Positions 8,910 to 17,525 of a stretch of 64,000 nucleotides of DNA are shown here, in pieces. Each line of letters opens with the position of its first letter. Within the stretch, counting starts at the first letter, position 1. The notes under the pieces were generated by a model, which ran no database searches, had not been told where the DNA came from, and saw only the letters and a program-made list of their open reading frames with translations. This DNA comes from Chthoniobacteraceae bacterium. Lineage in GTDB: Bacteria > Verrucomicrobiota > Verrucomicrobiia > Chthoniobacterales > Chthoniobacteraceae. Where the stretch lies: NCBI GenBank assembly GCA_040081625.1, contig JBEBGD010000013.1:1-64000 (forward strand). The letters are read 5' to 3'. The position numbers and the translations under genes are program-made.

Positions 8910-10606
8910 TGCCTTCCTTCCCTTGGCGCGCCGGCGCCTGCCTTCTCAGTTTGGTTTTCGTCCTGCGCGCCGCGGAGTTGCCGCGCGGTCTCGATTTCGG
9001 CGGAGCCGAAGTCCAGCCCCTCACGCTCAACGACGCGGTCGGGATGATGCTGCGCAACAACCTTGAGGTGCAATTCAACCGCGTGGACATCAAGATCGAG
9101 CAGGCGCGCACCCGGTTTGCAGTCGGCGTTTTCGACCCGGTCTTCCGCATCGACCTCTCTCGCGAATCGCTCCAGCGGCCGGACATCACCACCAACATCA
9201 GCAACGCCGAGTCGCTGCTCCAGCTCGCGCAGATCCAGGCCATCGAGGCAAATACCCGCGCCATCCAGGTCGCCACCGGCCAGACCCCCTCGCCCGCCAC
9301 CGACCTCAATCTCGGTCGCGTCGCCATCTTCGACCAGGACGCCGATCGCTGGGATACGAGCCTCGCCTTCCGCACCCCGCTGGGCATGCAGCTCGCCGTC
9401 ACCGCGCGACAGGCGAAAATCCGCACCACCTTCGACGGCGACTCGCGCACCGTCCGCCCATTCTATACCGCATTCGGAGGATTCGAAGTTCGCCAGCCGC
9501 TGCTCAAGGACTTCGGACCCGGCGCGAATCTCGCCGACGTGCGCACCGGGCGGATCAACCAGCGCGTGGCGGAACTCACGTGGCAGAAGACGCTCGCCGA
9601 AGGGCTCGCCGGCGTGCTCTCAAACTATTTCGACATGCTCTTTGCGCAGGCGGACCTGCGCGTGAAACAGGACGCCATCGCCGCCGATGAAAAGCTCGTG
9701 CAGCAAAACCAGCGGCGGTCTGATCTCGGCTTCATGTCGCCGATCGACGTGCAGCAGGCGCGCGCACAGGTCTCGCTCGACCAGGAGCAGCTCATCTTCT
9801 CGAAGAACCTTTTCATGGAGCGCCAGTTCGCGCTGCGCCGGCTCATCACCGCCGAGAGCGGCACGGGACCGGCACGCATCTTCGTGCCCGTGCAGACGCC
9901 GCACCTCGTCGCGCCCGCGGGCAGCCGCGAAGAGCATCTGCAGACCGCCTTTCGACGTCGGCCCGACTACATCGCCGCCGTCACCGACGCGGAAAAGCAG
10001 GACATCCGGCTGCGCTTCGCGAAGAACCAGATGTGGCCGAATCTCGATCTCGTCGGCACCTTCGGCTACAACGGCCTCGGCGACGACTGGCAGGGCGCGC
10101 GCGACCTGGCGGTGCACAGCCAGGCGCCGCAGTGGAGCTTTGGCGTGCAATTCTCGATGCCGCTCGGCCGCGTGCAGTCGCGCTCGCAGATCGCGGCGAT
10201 CAGGGGCTTCAAGGAACAGTCCGTCGTCAAGATCAAGCAGAGCGAGCTGACGGTGACGGTCGATGTCGATACCGCTCTCAGCCGCATCGAGACCAGCCGC
10301 CAGCGCCTCGCCACCGCGCGGCAGACCCGCGAGCTGATCGATGAAAGTGTGCGCATCGCCTATCGCCGCCTCGACGAGGGACAAATCTCGAGCTTCGACC
10401 TCATCGAGACTCAGCGGAAACTCTACGACGCAAAAAGCCGCGAACTCGCCGCGCAGGCCGACCTGAACAAGTCGATCGTCACCCTCTGGCAGGCCACCGG
10501 CACCATCTTCGATTTCACCGGTGTCTCGATCGTCATCGGGAAACGCGGTCGCGATCTGCCGGACACCGCGCACGAGAAGACGCGCACCATCACCGGGCGG
10601 CGGTAG
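8909..10606 (+). CDS. TolC-family outer membrane efflux protein
   Basis: Signal peptide, LTLNDAV..MLRNN, QPLLKDFG, WPNLDL, two-repeat OEP architecture. ATG overlaps the upstream TGA. Confidence 0.88.
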   Translation: MPSFPWRAGACLLSLVFVLRAAELPRGLDFGGAEVQPLTLNDAVGMMLRNNLEVQFNRVDIKIEQARTRFAVGVFDPVFRIDLSRESLQRPDITTNISNAESLLQLAQIQAIEANTRAIQVATGQTPSPATDLNLGRVAIFDQDADRWDTSLAFRTPLGMQLAVTARQAKIRTTFDGDSRTVRPFYTAFGGFEVRQPLLKDFGPGANLADVRTGRINQRVAELTWQKTLAEGLAGVLSNYFDMLFAQADLRVKQDAIAADEKLVQQNQRRSDLGFMSPIDVQQARAQVSLDQEQLIFSKNLFMERQFALRRLITAESGTGPARIFVPVQTPHLVAPAGSREEHLQTAFRRRPDYIAAVTDAEKQDIRLRFAKNQMWPNLDLVGTFGYNGLGDDWQGARDLAVHSQAPQWSFGVQFSMPLGRVQSRSQIAAIRGFKEQSVVKIKQSELTVTVDVDTALSRIETSRQRLATARQTRELIDESVRIAYRRLDEGQISSFDLIETQRKLYDAKSRELAAQADLNKSIVTLWQATGTIFDFTGVSIVIGKRGRDLPDTAHEKTRTITGRR

Positions 10607-10613
10607 CGCGCGC

Positions 10614-11024
10614 CTACACCCCGCGCGCGATCAGCCACGCCCAGTTCGCCACCAGCGCGATCGCGATCGCGATGCGCGTCGTCCACCCGAGCCACGCCGG
10701 CCACTTCCCCGGTCGCAACCGCGGCAGCCGCAAAAGCAGCACCGCCGCCGCGTAGAGATCGTAGATCACGACGCCCGCGAGCGCGGTGAAGGTCAGCGGA
10801 TTCATCGCGAACGCCGCTCCCCACGCGCCCTGCACGAGCAGGCGCACGCAGCGCGTCGAGCCGCACCCGATGCACGGCACGCCCGTGAGCTCATGCCACA
10901 CGCACGGCGGCATCGGCATCCCGAAGCGCAGCCACAGCAGCGCCACGAGCGCCGTGCCGACACTCACGATCAGCCACAGCAGTTCGTGATCGAGCTCGCC
11001 CGGGTGCAGCCGGCGCCACTTCAT
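10614..11024 (-). CDS. DUF2752-family membrane protein
   Basis: PCVWHELTGVPCIGCGSTR...AFAMNPL motif between TM helices. Confidence 0.85.
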   Translation of the reverse strand: MKWRRLHPGELDHELLWLIVSVGTALVALLWLRFGMPMPPCVWHELTGVPCIGCGSTRCVRLLVQGAWGAAFAMNPLTFTALAGVVIYDLYAAAVLLLRLPRLRPGKWPAWLGWTTRIAIAIALVANWAWLIARGV

Positions 11025-11032
11025 CGGCCGCG

Positions 11033-12172
11033 CTAGCTATTCACCGCGGCTGCCGCACCGATCAGCACGGCGATCAACGCGAAGCCGCCGCAACACACGA
11101 GCGGCGGCAACAGCAATGCGGCGGCGGCGCGCCCGCGTGTGATCTCCTGCGTGGCGGCGAGCGACACGATCGCCATGTAGAGATACCAGATCATGATCGG
11201 CAGCGTGAGCCCGCCGAGCAGCAGCCCAAACATCCCGACGCCAGTCGCTGATGGCACGCCACCCGTCGTCATCCCAAGCGTGCCGAATCCGACCGCAACC
11301 GCGATGATCAACTGCGCCGGCGCCATCGCTCCATAGAGGTAGCACAGCGTGCGAAACGTCGTCTCGAAGGGCTGGTTCGCCGCCTTCAAAAGCATGAGGC
11401 AGCCATGCACCATCCCCGCGCCGACGAATGCTCCGATGCACACCTGGAGCGGTGCCGCGATGATCCCGAAGATCAGCCCGCCGACCCCGGCGCCGATCGC
11501 GACTCCCGCGCCCGGCGCATTGCCCATGGTCGAGGCCATCGTGCCGAACTGCAGGATGCTCATGATGATCTGGCTCAGGATTCCAGCCGCCGAGCCGAGG
11601 ATGAGATAATAGACCATCGGCGTCTGGAGCCCGCCCTCGCGCTTCATGGTCGTGAACGTGTGCGTCGGCGCGGTGATCACCGCCTTCGTCGTATCGATCA
11701 AGGCCTTCATCATCCCGAGCTGTTCGCGATGCTCCCACGCCGGGCCTTCGCGTCCGCTCTCGTTGCCCGGCAGCACGGCGCCCGTCTGCATCGCCGCCAC
11801 CACCTGCGGCTTCGCGGCTGCGCAATACGGCTTGCCCTCGATGTAGATGATCTCCGACGGCGGGAAATAGCGGCCCGTCACCGTGCAGCGCACCCATCCC
11901 GGCTGCGGCACGTCACTGCCCGCGGCGTCCGATGCCTGCTGCGTCGCCGGCGTGCCGGGTCGCGTCACTTCCCAGCCTGCGGCATCCTCGTTCGCGCCGG
12001 CGGCGGGTGGTGGCGCGGAAGGTCGCGCGGTGCGCAGCGGCGTCCAGCCGGCCATGCCTTCGCGCCACACGAGTGTGTCGGGGTTGATCGTGCCGGCGGC
12101 GAGCAGGCGGTCGAGTTCGCTTTCGGCCACGGGGCCCTGCTGCTGTCCGGCGGATTCGTAATACCAATTCAT
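11033..12172 (-). CDS. GYF_2 (DUF4339) + Yip1-domain membrane protein
   Basis: N-terminal WYY..GQQQGP..L..L...G.I..DTLVWREGM.GW; C-terminal multi-TM region starting PAWE with a Yip1-like pattern. Confidence 0.8.
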   Translation of the reverse strand: MNWYYESAGQQQGPVAESELDRLLAAGTINPDTLVWREGMAGWTPLRTARPSAPPPAAGANEDAAGWEVTRPGTPATQQASDAAGSDVPQPGWVRCTVTGRYFPPSEIIYIEGKPYCAAAKPQVVAAMQTGAVLPGNESGREGPAWEHREQLGMMKALIDTTKAVITAPTHTFTTMKREGGLQTPMVYYLILGSAAGILSQIIMSILQFGTMASTMGNAPGAGVAIGAGVGGLIFGIIAAPLQVCIGAFVGAGMVHGCLMLLKAANQPFETTFRTLCYLYGAMAPAQLIIAVAVGFGTLGMTTGGVPSATGVGMFGLLLGGLTLPIMIWYLYMAIVSLAATQEITRGRAAAALLLPPLVCCGGFALIAVLIGAAAAVNS

Positions 12173-12292
12173 GTTTGTTTCTTGTGAGCGTTGGTTGTGT
12201 CGATAAAAAGTCCGCCGCGCTCAGCGCAAGGGCTGCGGCCCGGCGGCGGCGCAGTGAATGACAAACCATACGCGGCACACAAACCAATTTCG

Positions 12293-12880
12293 ATGACCGC
12301 GACACTCTCATGTCCGCGCTGCCATCTCGCGCTCGACCCCGCGGCGGCGTCCGGCGGCGCGGAAGTCGCCTGCGCCGCGTGCCGCGCCGTGCTCACCGTC
12401 CGGCTGTTCCCGGCCTTCGAGACTCCGCCCGAAGCCGTCTCCGCGGCCAGCGGCGAGCGCGCGCTCGAGGGCGAAGCCGTCTGCTTTTTCCACGCGGACA
12501 AACGCGCCGCAGCCACGTGCGAGCGCTGCGGGCGCTTTCTCTGCGCGCTATGCGACGTGCCATTTGCAGGAAAGCATCTCTGCCCGTCGTGCCTCGACGC
12601 CTCGAAGCTGCCGGACCTCATCAATCGCCGCGTCGTATGGGGCCAGGTCGCCGCGCTGTTCGGCATGCTGCCCCTGGCGCTGTGCTTTCTCTGGCCGTTC
12701 TATTTCATCACCGGCCCGTGCGCGATCTTCCTCGCGCTGTGGAAATGGAAGGAGCCCGGCAGCCTCGTCCACGGCCCGCGCCACGGCCTCGCGATCCTCG
12801 GTGTGATCGGCGGCGTGTTGCAAGTTGCCACCATGATCGGTTTGGTGTGGGGCCTGATTTTCTCGATCCGCAATGGCTGA
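12293..12880 (+). CDS. Zinc-ribbon + B-box-like zinc finger membrane protein
   Basis: CPRC..CAAC, then CFFH-x7-CERCGRFLCALC-x9-CPSC, then 2-3 TM helices. Confidence 0.8.
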   Translation: MTATLSCPRCHLALDPAAASGGAEVACAACRAVLTVRLFPAFETPPEAVSAASGERALEGEAVCFFHADKRAAATCERCGRFLCALCDVPFAGKHLCPSCLDASKLPDLINRRVVWGQVAALFGMLPLALCFLWPFYFITGPCAIFLALWKWKEPGSLVHGPRHGLAILGVIGGVLQVATMIGLVWGLIFSIRNG

Positions 12881-13370
12881 ACCCACGTCGAATTTCCAGC
12901 GCCTCACTCGCAACCGCTTCGGCCTCGCCGGCACCGGTGCGCTGTGGCTCGGGCCCGATCATCTGCTGCTCGTCAGCAATTCCGGCGGCGTCGAGCGCTA
13001 CCGCCGCTGGTTTTTCAAGGACATCCAATTGCTCGTCGCACGCCGCACCGCGCGGCGGCTCATCCTGAATCTGATCGGCGGAAGCTTCGGCGCGCTGCTC
13101 GCCCTCGGCGCGCTCGCGAGCTTCGCCTCCGCGAAGACCGATCCTGCCGATTCACCGGTGTTCTACGTCGGGATCGTCCTCGCGAGCTTCGCGGGCGTCT
13201 GCCTCGGCCTGTGCATCGCCAATTCGATCTTCGGTCCCGGCTGCATCGTCCACGTCCTCACGCCCATGGGCGCCGAGCCGCTGGCCGCCCCGCGCCGGCT
13301 CAATGTCTTCAACCGCATCGCGGCGCGCATCGGCCCGCTGATCGAAGCCGCGCAGCGCAAAGCCGGATGA
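12873..13370 (+). CDS. Hypothetical two-TM membrane protein
   Basis: Overlaps both neighbours; soluble LWLGPDHLL..ERYRRWFFKDIQ segment followed by two hydrophobic helices. Confidence 0.75.
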   Translation: MAEPTSNFQRLTRNRFGLAGTGALWLGPDHLLLVSNSGGVERYRRWFFKDIQLLVARRTARRLILNLIGGSFGALLALGALASFASAKTDPADSPVFYVGIVLASFAGVCLGLCIANSIFGPGCIVHVLTPMGAEPLAAPRRLNVFNRIAARIGPLIEAAQRKAG

Positions 13371-13720
13371 GCGACCGCCTCGCCCTTCAGCGCTGTTGGA
13401 ATCACGCTTCGCGCGAAGCCATCGCGCGCTGTCCGGAGTGCAGCCGCTTCTTCTGCCGCGAATGCACCATCGAGCACGCGGACCGCATCATTTGCAGCGG
13501 CTGCCTCGCGCGTTTGCAGAGCGCGGCCACGAAGCCGGGCCAGCGCCGCAGCTTCGCCCCGGTGCTGCGCTGCGCCGCGGCGCTCGCGGGACTCGTCTTC
13601 GCGTGGATCCTTTTCTTCAGCATCGGCCGGATGCTGCTCGCCATCCCGGACAGTTTTCACGGCGACACGCTTTGGAAGAGCTCGTTCCTCGACGACTTCA
13701 ACGAAGGAGCAAACCGATGA
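13367..13720 (+). CDS. B-box-like zinc finger single-TM protein
   Basis: CWNH-x7-CPECSRFFCREC-x9-CSGC plus one TM helix. ATGA overlaps at both ends. Confidence 0.8.
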   Translation: MSDRLALQRCWNHASREAIARCPECSRFFCRECTIEHADRIICSGCLARLQSAATKPGQRRSFAPVLRCAAALAGLVFAWILFFSIGRMLLAIPDSFHGDTLWKSSFLDDFNEGANR

Positions 13721-15333
13721 GCGCCGCGCCGAAACGCCGCCGCTCAAACCTCTCCGCGCTCGATTTCATCGAAGAAGCCGTCGCGCTGCTGCGTCGTGCG
13801 CCCGCCACCGCGCACCTCGCATATTATCTCGGCGCAATCCCGTTCTGGCTCGGCCTGCTCTACTTCATCGCCGACATGGGCCGCGACGCCTACGCCGCGT
13901 TCCATCTCGCCGACTGGTCGCTCGGCGTCGCGCTGCTCTACGTGTGGAAAAAAACGTGGCAGGCCGTCTCCGCTGCAAAGCTCCGCGCCACGCTCACCGG
14001 GCAACCCGATGCGCCGTGGACCGCGCATCGCGTGCTCCGCACCATCGCCGCGCAAGCCGGCGTCCAGCCGTGGGGGTTGCTGCTGCGGCCGGTCGCCGCT
14101 GTCCTCACGCTGCCGTTTGTGTGGGTGTCCGGCTTCTTCCAAAACGTCACCGCCCTCGGCGACGGCACGCCGCACGCGGAGAGCATCACCGCGCGCGCGG
14201 TCGCGCAGGCGAAGCTGTGGCCCTGGCAGGCGCACGCGATCGTGTCTGTGGTTTTCGTCTTCACGTTTTTCGTGTGGCTGAACGTCTGCATCGCGCTCGG
14301 CGCCGTGCCGTTTGTGCTCAAGACCTTCTTCGGCATTGAGACCCTCTACTCGCGCGACTTCGGCGCCTACCTAAACACTACCTTCTTCGCCGCGACCGTC
14401 GCCCTTACGTCGCTCGCCGTCGATCCGCTGCGCAAGGCGCTCGTCGTTCTGCGCTGCTTCCGCGGCGAGGCGATCCACTCCGGCGAAGACCTCGTCGCCG
14501 AATTGCGCACCTTCTCCCGCGCGACGCTCGCCGCGGTGCTGCTCGCCTTCTGTGCGATCCAGCCGGCGCAGGCAGCGGACACGCCGCCGAAGCAGGCCGA
14601 AGCCGCCGAACTCGATCGCCGCATCGGCGAGGTGCTCGAGCGCAGGGAATACGCGTGGCGCGCGCCGCGCGAAAAAGTGCCGCCAGCCGCCGGGAGCCAG
14701 GGCTGGCTCCAGTCGTGGATCGACGACTCCGGCAAGACGATCCAGCGCTGGCTCTCGTCCGGCTTCCGCCAGCTCGGACGCTTCTTTCGATGGATGCGGA
14801 ATCTCGTGAACCCGCCCAAGGTTTCCACTCCGAACGGGCCGGACATCGACTGGGTGGGCCTGAGCAAAGCCGTGCTCGTGCTGCTCGGCAGCGCGCTCGT
14901 CGGCGTGCTCATCTGGCTGCTCGTGCGCACGCTGCGCCGCCGCCGCAAGATCGTCATCGCGACCGCCGTCGCGCCCGCTCCGCCGGATTTGCGCAGTGAA
15001 GATGTGATGGCCGATCAACTGCCCGAGGATGGCTGGCTCGCGCTCGCCCGCGAACACGCCGCGCGCGGCGAACTCGCCCTCGCGCTGCGCGCCGCGTGGC
15101 TTGCGTGTCTCGCGCATCTCGGCGTGCGCGAACTCATCCGCATCGCGCGCCACAAATCCAACCGCGACTACGAGCGCGAGCTGCGCCGCCGCGTGCGCGA
15201 CCGCCAGCCGCTGCTCGATGCCTTCGACGACAACCGGCTAGCCTTCGAGCGCTCGTGGTATGGCCGGCACGCGGTCACCGCGGACGGCTTCGCGGTCTTT
15301 CAGGAAAACCTCGAGCGCATCCGCCAGGCATGA
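13717..15333 (+). CDS. Multi-TM protein with C-terminal DUF4129 domain
   Basis: N-terminal TM bundle; C-terminal A.RGE...ALR...L...ELI.....SNRDY...FERSWYG pattern. Confidence 0.8.
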   Translation: MSAAPKRRRSNLSALDFIEEAVALLRRAPATAHLAYYLGAIPFWLGLLYFIADMGRDAYAAFHLADWSLGVALLYVWKKTWQAVSAAKLRATLTGQPDAPWTAHRVLRTIAAQAGVQPWGLLLRPVAAVLTLPFVWVSGFFQNVTALGDGTPHAESITARAVAQAKLWPWQAHAIVSVVFVFTFFVWLNVCIALGAVPFVLKTFFGIETLYSRDFGAYLNTTFFAATVALTSLAVDPLRKALVVLRCFRGEAIHSGEDLVAELRTFSRATLAAVLLAFCAIQPAQAADTPPKQAEAAELDRRIGEVLERREYAWRAPREKVPPAAGSQGWLQSWIDDSGKTIQRWLSSGFRQLGRFFRWMRNLVNPPKVSTPNGPDIDWVGLSKAVLVLLGSALVGVLIWLLVRTLRRRRKIVIATAVAPAPPDLRSEDVMADQLPEDGWLALAREHAARGELALALRAAWLACLAHLGVRELIRIARHKSNRDYERELRRRVRDRQPLLDAFDDNRLAFERSWYGRHAVTADGFAVFQENLERIRQA

Positions 15334-16547
15334 GCCGCCGCGTCGCTCTCGGCATCGGAACCGTGGCGCTGCTCGCCTTGCTGCTCGCCGGCGTCTTCCG
15401 GCTCTTCGAGCTGCGCTATGTGCGCGGCGACGTGTATCCGCCTTACTCGACGCTCCGCGCCGATCCGCTCGGCGCGAAGGTTCTCTTCGATGCGTTCGGC
15501 GCGATGACCGGCTTCGAGCCGCAGCGCAACTTCCGCCCACTCATCCGGCTCAAGCCGGGGAAGCCCGTCGCGCTCGTTTATATCGGCGTGGATTTCCGCG
15601 CGCGCTGGAGCGACGACGAACTGCGCGAGTTCGAATCGCTCGTCACCGCGGGCACGCGCGCGGTGTTCAGCTTCCGGCGTGAATTCAAGAGCACCGGCAC
15701 GCAGCGACTCACGACAGCGAAGACAAAGGCCGGCACACCCGCGCCCGGCGGGAACCCGCCTCCGAAAAAAATCGCCGCGGATGAAGAACCACCCGGCGTC
15801 GTCTTCGGCGACGTGGCCAATCGTTGGGGCTTCTCGTTCGACATCGCGCAGGATGAAGAACGCGATGCCCTGCGCGGCACCGCGCTTCGTGCCGACGATG
15901 CCGGGGAACTCGACCCGTCCGTGCCGTGGCACAGCGCTCTCTATTTCAAGGGCCTCAGCCCGCAATGGCGCGTGCTTTACCGCACCAACGGCGTGCCGGT
16001 CATCGCCGAGCGCGACTTCGGCACGGGCAGCATCGTCATCGCGAGCGACAGCTATTTTCTCAGCAACGAAGCGCTGCGTGGCGCGCGCGCGCCGAAGCTA
16101 ATCGCGCGCGTGATCGGTCCGCCGCGCACCGTCGTTTTCGACGAGGAGCACCACGGCGTCACCGAGGAGATGAACGTCGTCGGCCTCGCGCGGAAGCACG
16201 GGCTTGAGGGAGCGATGCTCGCGATCCTTTTCGTCGTCGCGCTTTTCGTGTGGAAGAACGCCGTGCCCTTTCTCCCCGCGCGCGCCGACTCGCGGATCGA
16301 CGACGCCGATGTGACCGGCGCCAATGCCGCCGAGGGCTTCGTGAACCTGCTGCGCCGCAGCCTCTCTCCGGGCCGTCTTCTCGCCACGTGCGCCGCGGAG
16401 TGGCGTCGCGCTCGCGGCCGGCGCCTGCGGCCGGAGGAAGCCTCGCACGTCGAGACCGTGATGCGTGCCCACGAGGCGCGCGGACTTTCCGGCCGCGACG
16501 CTGCCGCCGCCTATCGCACGATCGCCGAAGGGCTGCGCCGCCGCTAA
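15330..16547 (+). CDS. DUF4350-family membrane-anchored protein
   Basis: N-terminal TM, YSTLRADPLGAK, G.G.IVIASDSYFLSNE, VVFDEEHHG, second TM; lies directly before MoxR. Confidence 0.8.
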   Translation: MSRRVALGIGTVALLALLLAGVFRLFELRYVRGDVYPPYSTLRADPLGAKVLFDAFGAMTGFEPQRNFRPLIRLKPGKPVALVYIGVDFRARWSDDELREFESLVTAGTRAVFSFRREFKSTGTQRLTTAKTKAGTPAPGGNPPPKKIAADEEPPGVVFGDVANRWGFSFDIAQDEERDALRGTALRADDAGELDPSVPWHSALYFKGLSPQWRVLYRTNGVPVIAERDFGTGSIVIASDSYFLSNEALRGARAPKLIARVIGPPRTVVFDEEHHGVTEEMNVVGLARKHGLEGAMLAILFVVALFVWKNAVPFLPARADSRIDDADVTGANAAEGFVNLLRRSLSPGRLLATCAAEWRRARGRRLRPEEASHVETVMRAHEARGLSGRDAAAAYRTIAEGLRRR

Positions 16548-16565
16548 ACACCCGAACTTTTTCCC

Positions 16566-17525
16566 ATGACCACCGACACCATCAAAGACCTCCTCCAGCG
16601 CGCGCGCACCGAAGTGCGCAAAGTCATCATCGGCCAGCAAGCCGTGATCGATCAGTCGCTCATCGCCATCTTCACCGGCAGCCACGCGCTCGTCGAAGGC
16701 GTGCCGGGCGTCGCCAAGACGCTGCTCGTGCGCACGCTCGCGCGCGTGCTCGGCTGCGAATACAACCGCATCCAGTTCACACCCGATCTGATGCCGGCAG
16801 ACATCACCGGCACGACGATCTACGACATGCAGCGCGGCGAGTTCACGCTCGTGCGCGGGCCGATCTTTACGACGTTTTTGCTCGCCGATGAAATCAATCG
16901 CGCCCCCGCGAAGACACAGTCCGCCTTGCTCCAGGCTATGCAGGAACGCCGCGTGACGATCGACCGCGACACGCACGCGTTGAGCCCGAGCTTCACCGTC
17001 TTCGCGACGCAAAACCCCGTGGAATACGAGGGCACCTATCCGCTGCCCGAGGCGCAGAAAGACCGCTTCATGCTTCGGATCGCGATGGGCGTGCCCGATC
17101 GCGATGAGGAACTCGAACTCGCGCGACGAATGCTCGGCAATGATTCGCCCGAAGCCGCGCTCGCTCGCGGCTCGGTGCAGCAAGTCATCACCGATGCCGA
17201 TCTCGCCGCGGCCCGCAGCGCGCTCGCGACGATCACGGTCCGCGATGAACTCATCGCCTACATCGTCGAGATCGTGCGCGCGACACGGGCGAGCGACTTC
17301 GTGCTCGTCGGCGCCGGCCCGCGCGCGACGCAGGCGCTGCTGCTCGCGAGCCGTGCTTCCGCCGCGATCGCCGGGCGCGACTTCGTGACTCCCGACGACG
17401 TGAAGTCGCTCACGGAACCGGTGATCGGTCATCGCCTCGTGCTCCGCCCCGAATACGAACTCGAAGGCGTGACGATTACGGAGGTCGTCACGAAGGTGCT
17501 GGAACAAGTCGCGGTGCCAAGGTGA
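16566..17525 (+). CDS. MoxR-family AAA+ ATPase
   Basis: Walker A GVPGVAKT, RIQFTPDLMPADITG, Walker B LLADEINRAP, ATQNP.EYEGTYPLPEAQKDRF. Confidence 0.95.
   Translation: MTTDTIKDLLQRARTEVRKVIIGQQAVIDQSLIAIFTGSHALVEGVPGVAKTLLVRTLARVLGCEYNRIQFTPDLMPADITGTTIYDMQRGEFTLVRGPIFTTFLLADEINRAPAKTQSALLQAMQERRVTIDRDTHALSPSFTVFATQNPVEYEGTYPLPEAQKDRFMLRIAMGVPDRDEELELARRMLGNDSPEAALARGSVQQVITDADLAAARSALATITVRDELIAYIVEIVRATRASDFVLVGAGPRATQALLLASRASAAIAGRDFVTPDDVKSLTEPVIGHRLVLRPEYELEGVTITEVVTKVLEQVAVPR

Noticed and set aside
10603..10617. GTAG-CGCGCGC-CTAC inverted repeat
   Set aside because: Explained by two convergent TAG stop codons; lacks the REP stem.
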